IMG/VR virus record: IMGVR_UViG_3300029258_001885
Location: 1 to 51,501 of that record
Reading direction: 5' to 3' (one strand)
DNA: 51,501 nucleotides
Source of the DNA: a virus
Lineage: Duplodnaviria; Caudoviricetes
Position numbers and translations under genes: made by a program. Below are positions 16,951 through 26,871 of the stretch, piece by piece (position 1 is the stretch's first letter; each line of letters begins with the position of its first letter). The notes below the pieces were generated by a model that had not been told where the DNA came from, searched no databases, and was given only the letters and a program-made list of their open reading frames with translations.

Positions 16951-17697
16951 CTAGACCATGATTTTTAGCACGTCAAGACTCTGCATAAAGCTGCCAAAAC
17001 ATGCTGATATGCCACCAATTACCAGAGCAGTGAACGAATATGCCCATACCCAATCCCACTGAATGATGCCACCGTCTGGTGCCGAGTCCTCAAGGTAGAA
17101 CCTTACGCCCACCCATGCAGTGTCTCCCAAAACGGTGTCACCAGATTTGCCAATCTGTCCAGTCACTGGAGTGGTTGCATCCACCGGAGTGCCTGCATTG
17201 TTCCAGATCATGGCATCCACATGGAGGTCAAAACCAGAGGCAAGGCTGATACCATCAGTGCCGTTGTTGCCGTAAATATTTACTTGAGCACGTGATGGCA
17301 AAAAAGCGCTTGCACCAAGGCTGGCTATGTTTTGTCCAGCATGCTCAATTCTGTACCCACTGGCCAGACCGTCACTGTTGTTTGCTGTAGCCTCATTGTC
17401 TGCCTGACCCTTTGCAATCATGGTGGCTATGTCTGCAGCACTTGATGCCGCACCTCCATAGGCCTGAGAGTACTCATCGATGAAGGTCTTGGTATCAGTT
17501 ATTGGATCCACTGTGGCGTTTGTTGATACATAGACATCCTGGTGACCCGTGTTCGAGGGCTTGGATATGATGGGTGTGTACTCGGAATTTACCACTTGGC
17601 CCAAGTCCAAACCGGTACCACCACCAGCCAAAGCATCAGCAACCTGGCTGGGTGGATTCAATACTTTTGAGATTGTCAAGTTAACTGCCATTGTCAT
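16951..17697 (-). CDS. putative tail tip/baseplate structural protein
   Basis: 248 aa, G/A/T/D-rich, immediately after the hub gene; hydrophobic C-terminal 24 aa. Confidence 0.55.
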   Translation of the reverse strand: MTMAVNLTISKVLNPPSQVADALAGGGTGLDLGQVVNSEYTPIISKPSNTGHQDVYVSTNATVDPITDTKTFIDEYSQAYGGAASSAADIATMIAKGQADNEATANNSDGLASGYRIEHAGQNIASLGASAFLPSRAQVNIYGNNGTDGISLASGFDLHVDAMIWNNAGTPVDATTPVTGQIGKSGDTVLGDTAWVGVRFYLEDSAPDGGIIQWDWVWAYSFTALVIGGISACFGSFMQSLDVLKIMV

Positions 17698-19397
17698 GTC
17701 TCCTGTGTAATGGTTGCTGTAGACCCACCAGTGATGCCACTGTATCCCGGACTCCAGCCGCCAAAGGGCACCATCTGGAAACTCCAGAACCTGACGGGTA
17801 TTGCAAGTCCCTGTGGGTCATATCCTAAAGTACGTATCATTGCAGGGGTCTTGTCAAGCTGGACAGACCCAATATTTACATTGACGCTCACAAAGTCCCC
17901 TACATCCAAAAGAAGGGCCCTTGGTGTGAGTGTCACGTCAATCCTCTCGGAGTAGGCACTGGCAAGCTTTAAAATCTCCTTTAGGTTGCGTGTCACATCC
18001 CCAATTTCATAGAGGTTTGGAAAAACAACCAGCTTTGATATCTCCCTGCCAGCCTGTGTGATTGCAGCGTTGTTTCGATAAAATGGCGTAGACAGCCTGG
18101 CCTCGCCCTTGGAAGGGTCAAAATCAAAGTCTCCCTTGGCCCTGTTAAAGTTGTTTAGGTCATCAGTCATGGGTTTGAACGTCCCACGTACAGCATCCCA
18201 GTTTCGCACCTCATAGGATGGGCTGGCCTCAAAGTCATCCAGATGCAGGGAGTTTATCTTTAGCTTTTGGTCCCTTGATATAAAGGCCTCAAGCCTGACC
18301 TGCTCAAGCATGGACAGGGCATAGGCCAAAACCTCCTGAGACTCCTGTATCCATACCCTGCTCAAAACCCCTGCAATATCAGATTCTGTTGGTGTGGACT
18401 TGTCCCTGTAGGTTGCCCAATTGGCATCAAAGTCTCCAGATGCCAATCCTCCAAACCTGATGAGGATATCTCTGGCTTGCCAGACAATATTGTCATCGTA
18501 TCCGCTGAGGTCCACGCCTACGCATTTGAGATAAAACTCATCACCTGCTCCATATTGCCAGGGACTGCCGTCAATCATGAGGTTTCCCTGCTGGATATCT
18601 ATGACCTGGTTGTTTGTACCGCCCACAATGCTGATGTCCGAGGATGCAAAGGTATAATAGTCCTCCCCCCTTCTGAGGGTCACACTGGAGGTATCCACAC
18701 TCTTTAGGGGGACCGAGCTGATGACACACCTGACATCCGTGGTGCCGGCAAGGACTCCAGCATTGGTGCCGTTTACCGGGAAGGCAGGTACTGCAGGTGC
18801 CTCAGGTCTCAAATATGCTGTCCAGTCTCCATATATGACCGGAACACCAAGTCCCACAAAAGAGTCCTCAATATCAGGCCAATCATCATCAATAAGGACT
18901 TGGTTGGGCAGAATGTTGGTGTTTATATCATCAAAATCATTTCGACAGGTCAGTATGAAGGTGGAGGTATTACGCTCAAACCCACCCACATCTGTCACCT
19001 TGCCCCTAAAAATCTCTGTATATGAGCTGGCAAGCTCTGCCAGCCCCACCTTGACCACCACGTTCCTGCCGATAAAACCGTCATAGTCAGCCCCACCAGG
19101 CAGCCATCTTGAATATTCACCATCTACGTTGGACACCTCAAGCTTCAGCTCACTAAACTGGAGCTCTCCACTCAGCCATTCACCTACTGTTTTTTGTATG
19201 ATTGGAAAGGTCACACGGGGAGGATAAAACACACCACCCACATACTTGGCCCTGTCACTGGCCAGTATGGTATTTGACGGCACCTCAATCTCTGCAATCA
19301 TTTCAATGCGATTGGCAAGATTGTCCTGGCACTCGTCCAGCAAAGCCTGATTCAAGGCTGTAGCTGTTTCATAAGGCCGTCTGTCACTTGTCCCCAT
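17694..19397 (-). CDS. tail tip / baseplate hub protein
   Basis: 567 aa, second gene after the tape measure; L.VSN.DG, F.GKV, VPVIYGD and L.VGD.V.V motifs. Confidence 0.7.
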   Translation of the reverse strand: MGTSDRRPYETATALNQALLDECQDNLANRIEMIAEIEVPSNTILASDRAKYVGGVFYPPRVTFPIIQKTVGEWLSGELQFSELKLEVSNVDGEYSRWLPGGADYDGFIGRNVVVKVGLAELASSYTEIFRGKVTDVGGFERNTSTFILTCRNDFDDINTNILPNQVLIDDDWPDIEDSFVGLGVPVIYGDWTAYLRPEAPAVPAFPVNGTNAGVLAGTTDVRCVISSVPLKSVDTSSVTLRRGEDYYTFASSDISIVGGTNNQVIDIQQGNLMIDGSPWQYGAGDEFYLKCVGVDLSGYDDNIVWQARDILIRFGGLASGDFDANWATYRDKSTPTESDIAGVLSRVWIQESQEVLAYALSMLEQVRLEAFISRDQKLKINSLHLDDFEASPSYEVRNWDAVRGTFKPMTDDLNNFNRAKGDFDFDPSKGEARLSTPFYRNNAAITQAGREISKLVVFPNLYEIGDVTRNLKEILKLASAYSERIDVTLTPRALLLDVGDFVSVNVNIGSVQLDKTPAMIRTLGYDPQGLAIPVRFWSFQMVPFGGWSPGYSGITGGSTATITQET

Positions 19398-20692
19398 TAC
19401 AAACTCTCGTCCCAGTCAAGGCTAAACCCGACACGGTGGTTGTTATCACTGAGCGCCTGGTGATTCTCCACAGGCAGCTCCACAAGCTTGGCAAACACAG
19501 CCAGACTGGACGGCTGTGTGGGTCTTGGTATGATCAGACACTTGAGGTCAGTCTTGGCATCGGCAAAATAATCCTGCATCAGTCTCCAGTTGCCGCCATC
19601 ATAAAGCCACTGGCTGAAATTGAGGCCCAGCACCTTGCGCGTTGCCCTGTCATTGGAGACATTGGTAAAGCCCTCAGTCTCAAGCGTATCCTTGAAATGC
19701 TTGTTTCCATATCTGACTGGATTGTCAAAACACTCCCTCAGGCTGACGATACTGGCAGACCCAAAAACAACAGCACCAATTTTTATATGGTTGTCTGGGT
19801 TGGTTGGGTCTTCTATGACCAGCTGCCAGTACCTGAATGCATCGGTGGGCAGTGTCGGACTGATGTAATACATGTTTTCCAGTTCTGTGACCAAAACCTC
19901 ACTAAAGCCTATGGTTGCAAAGTTTGGAACAGTAGATCCCTGAAGGGTTACACGGGCACTGGTAGTTAAATTGTGGTCAAGAATACCAAGGGTGTCCACA
20001 AACGCTCCCTGTGGTATTCCCGTGTCACATCTAAGCCTGACAAGGGCAATATCCCCATTATCTGACTGGTACCTCTGCTCAAGGATATCCGTGTTGAGGT
20101 TGTTTTGAGAGTAGTCTGCCACAGACACTGAGGGTATTGCTGTCCAGTTGGTCCCACCAAGGGATGATGTACCACGAGAGGCAAAATTACAGAGTATTCT
20201 AAGCTGTTGGATATTGTACAAGACCATGGTGGCCTGAGTGCCAAGGTCCACCTTTTTTATCATGTTTGCCTGCATGCCCAGAGGCGTCTCGGTATCCACC
20301 CTCATTTTGGCCTGCACACCCAAAGCCTTAAGTACATCCTTGATTTTAAGGTCCACCTGCATGCCCTGCAGCTTGTCATCAGCCTCTGAAACAATCCTCA
20401 TCTCAGCCTGTACGCCCTGCTTTGCCCTGATACAGCCAGACAAATAGGGGTCTGTGAGGTATGGCTCAGAGTTTAGATATTTGGGACACCACCAGTGTGC
20501 AAGGTCTCCAGCTTTTACCTGAATACCCAAAAGCTTTTGGTCACCAATCTGCATTTCTGTTTGGGTGCCGAGTGGTTTGGTCTTTTTGGTAAACATTTCC
20601 ACCTGCATGCCCAGCTGCTCAAGTATCCTGCCAGCCAGATAGGGCAGATCAGATAGGTAGGGTGTTTCAAGATATCCGATTTCGGTTGTCAT
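19397..20692 (-). CDS. distal tail (Dit-like) protein with repetitive N-terminus
   Basis: First gene after the tape measure; I.DHNL...L.GS...RYW.L.I.DP...IKIG discoidin-like insert; N-terminal G.Q..M repeats. Confidence 0.6.
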   Translation of the reverse strand: MTTEIGYLETPYLSDLPYLAGRILEQLGMQVEMFTKKTKPLGTQTEMQIGDQKLLGIQVKAGDLAHWWCPKYLNSEPYLTDPYLSGCIRAKQGVQAEMRIVSEADDKLQGMQVDLKIKDVLKALGVQAKMRVDTETPLGMQANMIKKVDLGTQATMVLYNIQQLRILCNFASRGTSSLGGTNWTAIPSVSVADYSQNNLNTDILEQRYQSDNGDIALVRLRCDTGIPQGAFVDTLGILDHNLTTSARVTLQGSTVPNFATIGFSEVLVTELENMYYISPTLPTDAFRYWQLVIEDPTNPDNHIKIGAVVFGSASIVSLRECFDNPVRYGNKHFKDTLETEGFTNVSNDRATRKVLGLNFSQWLYDGGNWRLMQDYFADAKTDLKCLIIPRPTQPSSLAVFAKLVELPVENHQALSDNNHRVGFSLDWDESL

Positions 20693-23600
20693 GCCCTGCT
20701 CCTAACCCCCCTGTCAGAGAGTACAAACTCACCCCTCTGTGATTTTTGTTTCAGCTGCCTTTCAATTTCCGGTACAACCTCGCGTCTGACCTGGTCAACA
20801 GTGAGGTTGGTTTTGGCATTGACCACTATGTTTATATTTGTGGGACCACCCGTGGCAGGTACAAAAGGCTCACGTGAAGCATTTATGGCTGCAAGCAATC
20901 CAATATTGGCTCTTGCAGACTCTCTGTTGACCACAAATTCACCTGGCGTGAGCATCGCCGGTACAGAGTCCGTGCCCCTGGGTACAAGCGCACCCGCCTG
21001 GGCATATATGGGCCCGCCGTTGGCCCTATAGATATTTTCGGCATTACGAACGGCATTATCAATACTGTTTGCCGTGACAATACCACCTGTGGATCCAAAT
21101 ATACCTCCCACATCGGGAGCCCAGCTGAAAAGGTCATTGACAAAGTTTTGTAAATCCTCCACCCATTGGGGTTTTGACAAAAGCGGGGTAACCACATACT
21201 CGTCTATCCATTTCCATACGGCAAAAACACCATCAGTCACAGGCCCAACTATATGCTCCGAAACCCAGCCCCAAACAGCATTCAAACCTTCAATCATGGG
21301 TGTCACAACGTTTTGCACCACCCAGTCCCATACCGCCCAGAGCCCGTCAACAAGAGGCATGACAATCCGCTCCCATACAAAGGTCCAGACAGCCGTCAAA
21401 CCCTCTATTATCGGATTTAGAATGTTGTCCCAAACCCACTGCCAGACGGCTCTTAAAGCTTCAAAAACCGGCATCAATATCTTGTCGCGTATCCACTCCC
21501 AGGTCCTCACAAGAGCATCCCACAGCCTCTGCAGGATGTTTGCAGACCTGTTTGTGCTTGATCCTATTGCGTTGCGTATCCTGTCTGAGACATCCATACC
21601 CCTGGTTGCAGCTGCAATATCTACAACCTCAAACATCTCCGAGGTGCTCCTTGATATGTCATCACCAAGCTTTTTGAGCTGCTCCTCTGTCTCGCTAAAA
21701 TCCACACCAAGATCAAAGATATCCTCCTGCCCAAGCACGTTTGCCAGGGTATTGACAATCTCCTTTAGACCGTCCAAAAGCCCCATGACGATGGCTTCTC
21801 CAATTTCCGGAGCCAGTCTGATCATGGTTTCGACAAATATGACTGCCAGCCTTGGCACCATGGCAACCAATCCAACCTGCAGGGCAATAATGAGACGTGG
21901 GACGGCAGATACCAGCCCAAAAACAAGCTTCTCAACAAATTCAGGCAACCTGTCCAACAAGTACTGAAAAGCATCCGGTATTCCTGTGGCGATCAACTCC
22001 ACCAGGGCATTGGGCAGGTCAATTAGCAGACCCTCCACCAAAGCGAATGCAAGATCACCAATACTGGATATGATGTTGGGTATAAATTCGCTTATAAACC
22101 TTCCGATGGAGCCAATCAGATTTTTTACACCATCCACAATGGCAACCGGCAAATCCGTAATTGAATCAATGAGATTTGCAGCTTTGGATAAAAGCTGAGG
22201 TATTGCATCAACAAGCTGCTGAGCGGCATCAAGCATCATGTTTGCAGCTCCCAGCACAGCAAGAGGTCCTGTCATTGCCGTGCTTACTGCACCAGCAATA
22301 GACGCTGAGCCCTGTCCAAAAACATCCCCAATAAGTTTAAGGTCTTTTTCCTTGAAAAGCTCAAAGTCCTTTAGAGTACCTTCAATCTGAGGTATTGCGG
22401 GTCCAGCCTCCTCTGCACCCTTGACAAGTCCCCCACCTGCCTGGATTGCCTTGTCCTCCACCTCATCCAGCCCGTTTATGAGCGTGTCAATAAACTTGCC
22501 AGCTTCTCCTGCAAGCCCAAGGTCCACACGTTTGGCGGTATCTGTCAGCTGCTTGTCAGTATCCTCAATCTGCCTGTTTATCTCATCAGCCTCTCCTGCA
22601 AGGCTTGACATCGCCTCACGTACACCGTTTAATGCACCCTCACCAACCACCCCAAAGGTATCCATTGCCTCAAGCATGATCTCAATACCCACCAGAACAC
22701 CTGTTGCAATGGCGTTGAAACCACGCTGTACCCTGAGCCACATGGATTTAAATGCATTGCCTATGGTGTCGGCAAGATCCTCAAGGTGATCCATATTGCT
22801 TATAAATATGTCCACGGCAGCAACCGCTGCAGCCACACCAGCGGCAATCAGCAAAAACTTGCCGGCCACAATGGCAGCTGGTGCAGCAACAGCCCAGATG
22901 GCAGGAGCAAGGGCCGCCAGGCCTGCAATTATTTTAGGCCCTGTGAGCAGTAAAAACGCCCCTGCAAGCCCCTTTATGGAGACAGCAACAGATTCCCAAT
23001 TTACCTGCCTGACAGCGTCAGACAGCCGTTTTACCACGTCTATTGTCATTTCCATTGCATCTATGAGTACCTCTATTGCAGGTACTGCAAATTCAAGCAG
23101 GACACTGCCAATCCTGGTCATGGCGGACTCAAAGCGTCCCCTCAGCACGCCCAGTCTGAAGTCTGCCGTTTGGGCAATCTTTGCAAAGGCATCCTCTGTA
23201 ACCTGACCCATATTTTCAGCGCTGGCACCCATGTCCTCCATGATGTCATTAAACTTGTTGCCTATGCTCCCGCTTGTCAGTGCAAGCACGGCATTGACTG
23301 CCTCAATCCTGCCAAAAAGCTTGGTGAGGCTCTCAGTAGTCCCGTCAGTCTGGCCAATAATACGCCTCAGGGTTGTGACCATGCCGTCCTGTGATATGGC
23401 GTTTTGTATTGAGCTGATATTCAGCCTGTCAAGGACTTCACGCAAGTCTCCAGTCTGCTTGGACAGGCCTACCATGGCACTCCTCACCTGGGTCACTGCC
23501 ATGGCTGTCTCAACACCTCCAGTGGTAATGGCTGATACACTGGCCACAAGCTCCTCCATGGACACCCCTGTGGCAGCTGCCAGAGGAGCAGCCATACCCA

Positions 23601-24186
23601 AAGACGCACTGAGTGCGTCCACAGTAGTCTTGCCAGCCCTCATACCGATAAACAGGGCATCAGTGACCCTTGCAGACTGCTCAGCCGATATGCCGTAGGA
23701 ATTTAACAGAGTGGTCAGACCATCGGTGGCAACGGCAAGATCTGTCACACCACCCACGGCAAGCTTTTGGGCAAAAGTGAGAAGGTCTGTGGACGTGGCA
23801 GCATCTACGGCACCAGATGACAGAGCCTGATAATATGCCTTGGCCAGCTCGGTCTGGTCTGTGCCAAACTGCTCTTGCTGCTCAAGTATCTCATCAGTAA
23901 AAAAGCCCATGGACTGGCTGCCATCGTCCAGTAATGTAGTGATCTCAGCCACTGACTTTTGGAGGTTTACAGCAGAGCCCACGGTGGCATCAATCGCTTG
24001 ACTGGCGCGTCTTGATACCGTCCCAAAAATCTGCATTGACTGGTTTATGCCTGTCATGGCAATGGCAAAGGACTGAAAGCCCTTGGTTGCCTGCTGGGCC
24101 TTGGCTCTGACTGAATCCAAAAACTTGACGTTTTTGGCGTCAAACTTCATTGGCACCACAAAAGTGTCACCAGTCACCACTGCCAT
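20689..24186 (-). CDS. tail tape measure protein (TP901-like core)
   Basis: ~1165 aa, Ala/Leu-rich helical; A.Y.ALSSG...LAVGG.TDL...G.TT..L core, TM segment, Trp repeats, GTDSVPAMLTPGEFVVN; GAGG RBS before ATG 24186. Confidence 0.92.
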   Translation of the reverse strand: MAVVTGDTFVVPMKFDAKNVKFLDSVRAKAQQATKGFQSFAIAMTGINQSMQIFGTVSRRASQAIDATVGSAVNLQKSVAEITTLLDDGSQSMGFFTDEILEQQEQFGTDQTELAKAYYQALSSGAVDAATSTDLLTFAQKLAVGGVTDLAVATDGLTTLLNSYGISAEQSARVTDALFIGMRAGKTTVDALSASLGMAAPLAAATGVSMEELVASVSAITTGGVETAMAVTQVRSAMVGLSKQTGDLREVLDRLNISSIQNAISQDGMVTTLRRIIGQTDGTTESLTKLFGRIEAVNAVLALTSGSIGNKFNDIMEDMGASAENMGQVTEDAFAKIAQTADFRLGVLRGRFESAMTRIGSVLLEFAVPAIEVLIDAMEMTIDVVKRLSDAVRQVNWESVAVSIKGLAGAFLLLTGPKIIAGLAALAPAIWAVAAPAAIVAGKFLLIAAGVAAAVAAVDIFISNMDHLEDLADTIGNAFKSMWLRVQRGFNAIATGVLVGIEIMLEAMDTFGVVGEGALNGVREAMSSLAGEADEINRQIEDTDKQLTDTAKRVDLGLAGEAGKFIDTLINGLDEVEDKAIQAGGGLVKGAEEAGPAIPQIEGTLKDFELFKEKDLKLIGDVFGQGSASIAGAVSTAMTGPLAVLGAANMMLDAAQQLVDAIPQLLSKAANLIDSITDLPVAIVDGVKNLIGSIGRFISEFIPNIISSIGDLAFALVEGLLIDLPNALVELIATGIPDAFQYLLDRLPEFVEKLVFGLVSAVPRLIIALQVGLVAMVPRLAVIFVETMIRLAPEIGEAIVMGLLDGLKEIVNTLANVLGQEDIFDLGVDFSETEEQLKKLGDDISRSTSEMFEVVDIAAATRGMDVSDRIRNAIGSSTNRSANILQRLWDALVRTWEWIRDKILMPVFEALRAVWQWVWDNILNPIIEGLTAVWTFVWERIVMPLVDGLWAVWDWVVQNVVTPMIEGLNAVWGWVSEHIVGPVTDGVFAVWKWIDEYVVTPLLSKPQWVEDLQNFVNDLFSWAPDVGGIFGSTGGIVTANSIDNAVRNAENIYRANGGPIYAQAGALVPRGTDSVPAMLTPGEFVVNRESARANIGLLAAINASREPFVPATGGPTNINIVVNAKTNLTVDQVRREVVPEIERQLKQKSQRGEFVLSDRGVRSRA

Positions 24187-24193
24187 AAAAACC

Positions 24194-24619
24194 TCATTTC
24201 TTGCCAAACATTCTGGCAATCATTTTACCAATTGCCTCCAGTACCCTGGGCGTAAACTCTCCCACCTGCTCCCAGGTCCTGCAGTACATCCTGTGTCTGT
24301 ACCTCTGGACAAATACCGGAAATACTTCGCAAAAATATTGGTCCTGATGCTCAAGACCGCCTTCGCGTGGAAGGATGCCCGTCTCTGTGGCCACCACACA
24401 CTGGTTATACAGCTCCAATAACCACCTGTGGCGTGTAGCCTTGCCTGGACAAAAGGTGTACTTGAGGCTGTAGCTGTCCACGGGTTTGGGCTTTTTGTAG
24501 TTGTTGTAACCAGGCTCCTCACAGCGTCTGGCCTCCCTTGTCATTTTGGTACATCTTGAGCATCTGTACACTCCACTTGTCTTTGCACTGGCAAACCTCA
24601 AATCTACCAGTGCCTGCAT
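24194..24619 (-). CDS. tail assembly chaperone, frameshift extension (gpT-like)
   Basis: In the -1 frame relative to the upstream chaperone, between chaperone and tape measure; LP..GG...Q motif. Confidence 0.7.
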   Translation of the reverse strand: MQALVDLRFASAKTSGVYRCSRCTKMTREARRCEEPGYNNYKKPKPVDSYSLKYTFCPGKATRHRWLLELYNQCVVATETGILPREGGLEHQDQYFCEVFPVFVQRYRHRMYCRTWEQVGEFTPRVLEAIGKMIARMFGKK

Positions 24620-25131
24620 CAGTTTTTTGCATTTGCCTTGTGCTCATCCTTTGTGAGCATGGTGTAATGACTGAATATCTCTGGTACAAGTCCAGCTCTC
24701 TCCAAAAGCGACATGGTCCTGTTGTCCACATATCCACGCGAATCCTTTTTAAGGACAATTACATTTTCCACATTGGGCGGGTTTTCGATCTCCTTTAACA
24801 CCATCCTGACAACCGTGTATGCCCATGACCCAAACTGGACAACCGGGTCTTTGGTGTCCTTGTCAATACTCTTGATCATGGAGTTTTTGATGGCTGCGGC
24901 TTCCTTGCCGTCCAGTTCGAAATTGCAGACAAAAACTGTTGGGCTCATGTCCTGCTTGTATTTGATAGCATCCTCATTGCGTACCGGATCCTCACGGTAT
25001 CTCTCCCAATCCTCCTCAGTGGTTCCAGTGGGCTCCTGGTCTGTCTCTTTGGCCCAGTCTATTGCCGTATCCTGTTTGGAGATGACCCTCACACAATTGA
25101 GCCGTTTTTGGTTGTTTAAAACAATTGCCAT
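24619..25131 (-). CDS. tail assembly chaperone (gpG-like)
   Basis: GGAGG RBS before ATG 25131; follows the tail tube gene; ends ...AKN at the slippery site. Confidence 0.75.
   Translation of the reverse strand: MAIVLNNQKRLNCVRVISKQDTAIDWAKETDQEPTGTTEEDWERYREDPVRNEDAIKYKQDMSPTVFVCNFELDGKEAAAIKNSMIKSIDKDTKDPVVQFGSWAYTVVRMVLKEIENPPNVENVIVLKKDSRGYVDNRTMSLLERAGLVPEIFSHYTMLTKDEHKANAKN
24622..24628 (-). other. -1 programmed frameshift slippery site A AAA AAC
   Basis: Minus strand reads GCA AAA AAC TGA; a -1 slip gives ...K L M Q A L V D in frame with 24194..24619. Confidence 0.75.
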
Positions 25132-25150
25132 ACCTGCCTCCTGTAGGTTT

Positions 25151-25190
25151 AAAAAAAGGGGGACGGTTGCACATGTATGTGGCCGTCCCC
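25151..25190 (-). terminator. intrinsic terminator after the major tail gene
   Basis: GGGGACGG/CCGTCCCC 8-bp stem followed by T7 on the minus strand. Confidence 0.6.
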
Positions 25191-25254
25191 GCATAAGCTG
25201 CTGCCATAAAAACAATATGTATGATACGTGGGGACTCCCAGTACCCAACGGGTA

Positions 25255-26859
25255 TTAAAGGAATGCCGCCCGTATCGGGTCTTTTGCATTCGGAGCGCTC
25301 TGGTACAAAAAGCCCTCAAGAGTTACAGGAGTTGTCCCCTCCTCAGGGTTGTCAATCCTTGGTACTGTCGGTTTCCAGTTGGGTGCCGTAATGAGCAGAT
25401 ACCTTCCGGTACCGTCTCCAATTTTCAGTTCAATGCTGTATCCGTTAAAATCTCTGGCCTGTACCAGCCACTCAAGCGCCTTGGTGGACAAGTCAAGGGT
25501 CACAGACAGATTCCAGTTGGCACGTCCACCAGCTGCAAAGCCCTGGTTTGCATCAGAACCAAAGCAGTTGTTTATGTCCGTGTGGTTGTTGACCAGTCCA
25601 AGGGTCAGGTTGGTAACACAATACTCATCACCAAGGGCATCAAACTTGAATGTGCCCTCAAGGTCTGTGTAAATATTGTCTCTTGCAGTCTGCTGGATTG
25701 CACCCGGATGCCATGGCACGACATAGCTGTCATCGTCAGCATCAACGGATGTGCTGAGTACAAGCTTGTGTGTGGCATTATCCACACTTGATACAAACAG
25801 GCTGCCATCAGCGCCAGCAGTTATTGTCCTGCCATCAGCCTTGACCAGCATGACATATGCATTGGCAGTATAACGCTTGCTCTCATTGTCATTGACTATG
25901 ACATCAGTGCTGGAGGAGACAATACCATTGACCTGGCTGATGCCTGCAATGCTTGCTTTTTCTCCGTTACCAACAAATTTCATGGTGCCCGGAGCATCAC
26001 CAGGTACCGTGAGCGTCCAGTCCCTGCCGTACATGCCTGTGTAATACTCACCGTAGATGGTGCCAACACGTACCATGGAATATGTAAAGTTGGGCAATCC
26101 CTGCTCATATACGATGGATGTACCGGCATTTACAGTTTCTTTTCCAAACACGGACTCAAGGAGAAGTCTGATTGCCGTGTCAATACTGTCACCGGCAGAT
26201 CCTGACATGTTGATCATGGTATCAATATCATGATCTGCCACCTTCTTTTGCTTTACAACATCCACATGATACCTGCCTGACCTGTGGGCGTTTGACTCGG
26301 CAGGTTGCTCATATCCAGGACCACCTGTAGTGTTGAGCAAAAAGTCCTGATCATTGGTACCTGCCGCCTCTGTGCCTCCGTTGGCCGTACCAAGTTTGAG
26401 GTCATCTGCCACGTTATCACTGATGGCGTCCGTTATGACTACAGCACTTGTGGTGCCTGTCTTCTGGCTCTTGACCTCGTAATGGTCATCAGCGTTGTCA
26501 TAAAACACCCATACACGCCCATCCTGAGAGGCAGCGGCAAGAGCTGCATTTATCTGGGTCTCCAGTTCTGCCTCAATGGCCGAACCAGTTGACAGCCCTG
26601 CAAGAGTCAGTGTAACTGCCACTACAGCACCACCGTCCACAGCCACGTTCAGGCTGTCATCAGATCCGGCAGAAATGTCTGTAGATGCTGCAGTGTCTCC
26701 AATGGAGGAGCCCTGTGTGCCTATTCTTGGGGCACTAAACGTCCTCTCTATTGCCTCCTTGCGGGCAAAAATAGCGCCGTCAATACCAAGGTTGAAGCCT
26801 TGACGGTTGCCACCGTAAATTTGTGCATAGTCTACGCTTGAGCGGTACTGTAGTCCCAT
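25255..26859 (-). CDS. major tail tube protein with inserted domains
   Basis: 534 aa between tail terminator and chaperone; tube-like beta segments interrupted by A/D/T-rich inserts. Confidence 0.75.
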   Translation of the reverse strand: MGLQYRSSVDYAQIYGGNRQGFNLGIDGAIFARKEAIERTFSAPRIGTQGSSIGDTAASTDISAGSDDSLNVAVDGGAVVAVTLTLAGLSTGSAIEAELETQINAALAAASQDGRVWVFYDNADDHYEVKSQKTGTTSAVVITDAISDNVADDLKLGTANGGTEAAGTNDQDFLLNTTGGPGYEQPAESNAHRSGRYHVDVVKQKKVADHDIDTMINMSGSAGDSIDTAIRLLLESVFGKETVNAGTSIVYEQGLPNFTYSMVRVGTIYGEYYTGMYGRDWTLTVPGDAPGTMKFVGNGEKASIAGISQVNGIVSSSTDVIVNDNESKRYTANAYVMLVKADGRTITAGADGSLFVSSVDNATHKLVLSTSVDADDDSYVVPWHPGAIQQTARDNIYTDLEGTFKFDALGDEYCVTNLTLGLVNNHTDINNCFGSDANQGFAAGGRANWNLSVTLDLSTKALEWLVQARDFNGYSIELKIGDGTGRYLLITAPNWKPTVPRIDNPEEGTTPVTLEGFLYQSAPNAKDPIRAAFL

Positions 26860-26871
26860 TGGTTGTCTCCT

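Noticed and set aside
2567-20692. Assigning the host as Bdellovibrionota or another deltaproteobacteria-like lineage
   Set aside because: Only an impression from protein style. The lipoprotein and spanin-like genes suggest a diderm host, but nothing in the sequence fixes the taxon.
21074-21967. Long antisense ORFs on the plus strand (this one, 38468..39256, 45396..46022 and others)
   Set aside because: Shadow frames of clear minus-strand genes, with no recognisable motifs.
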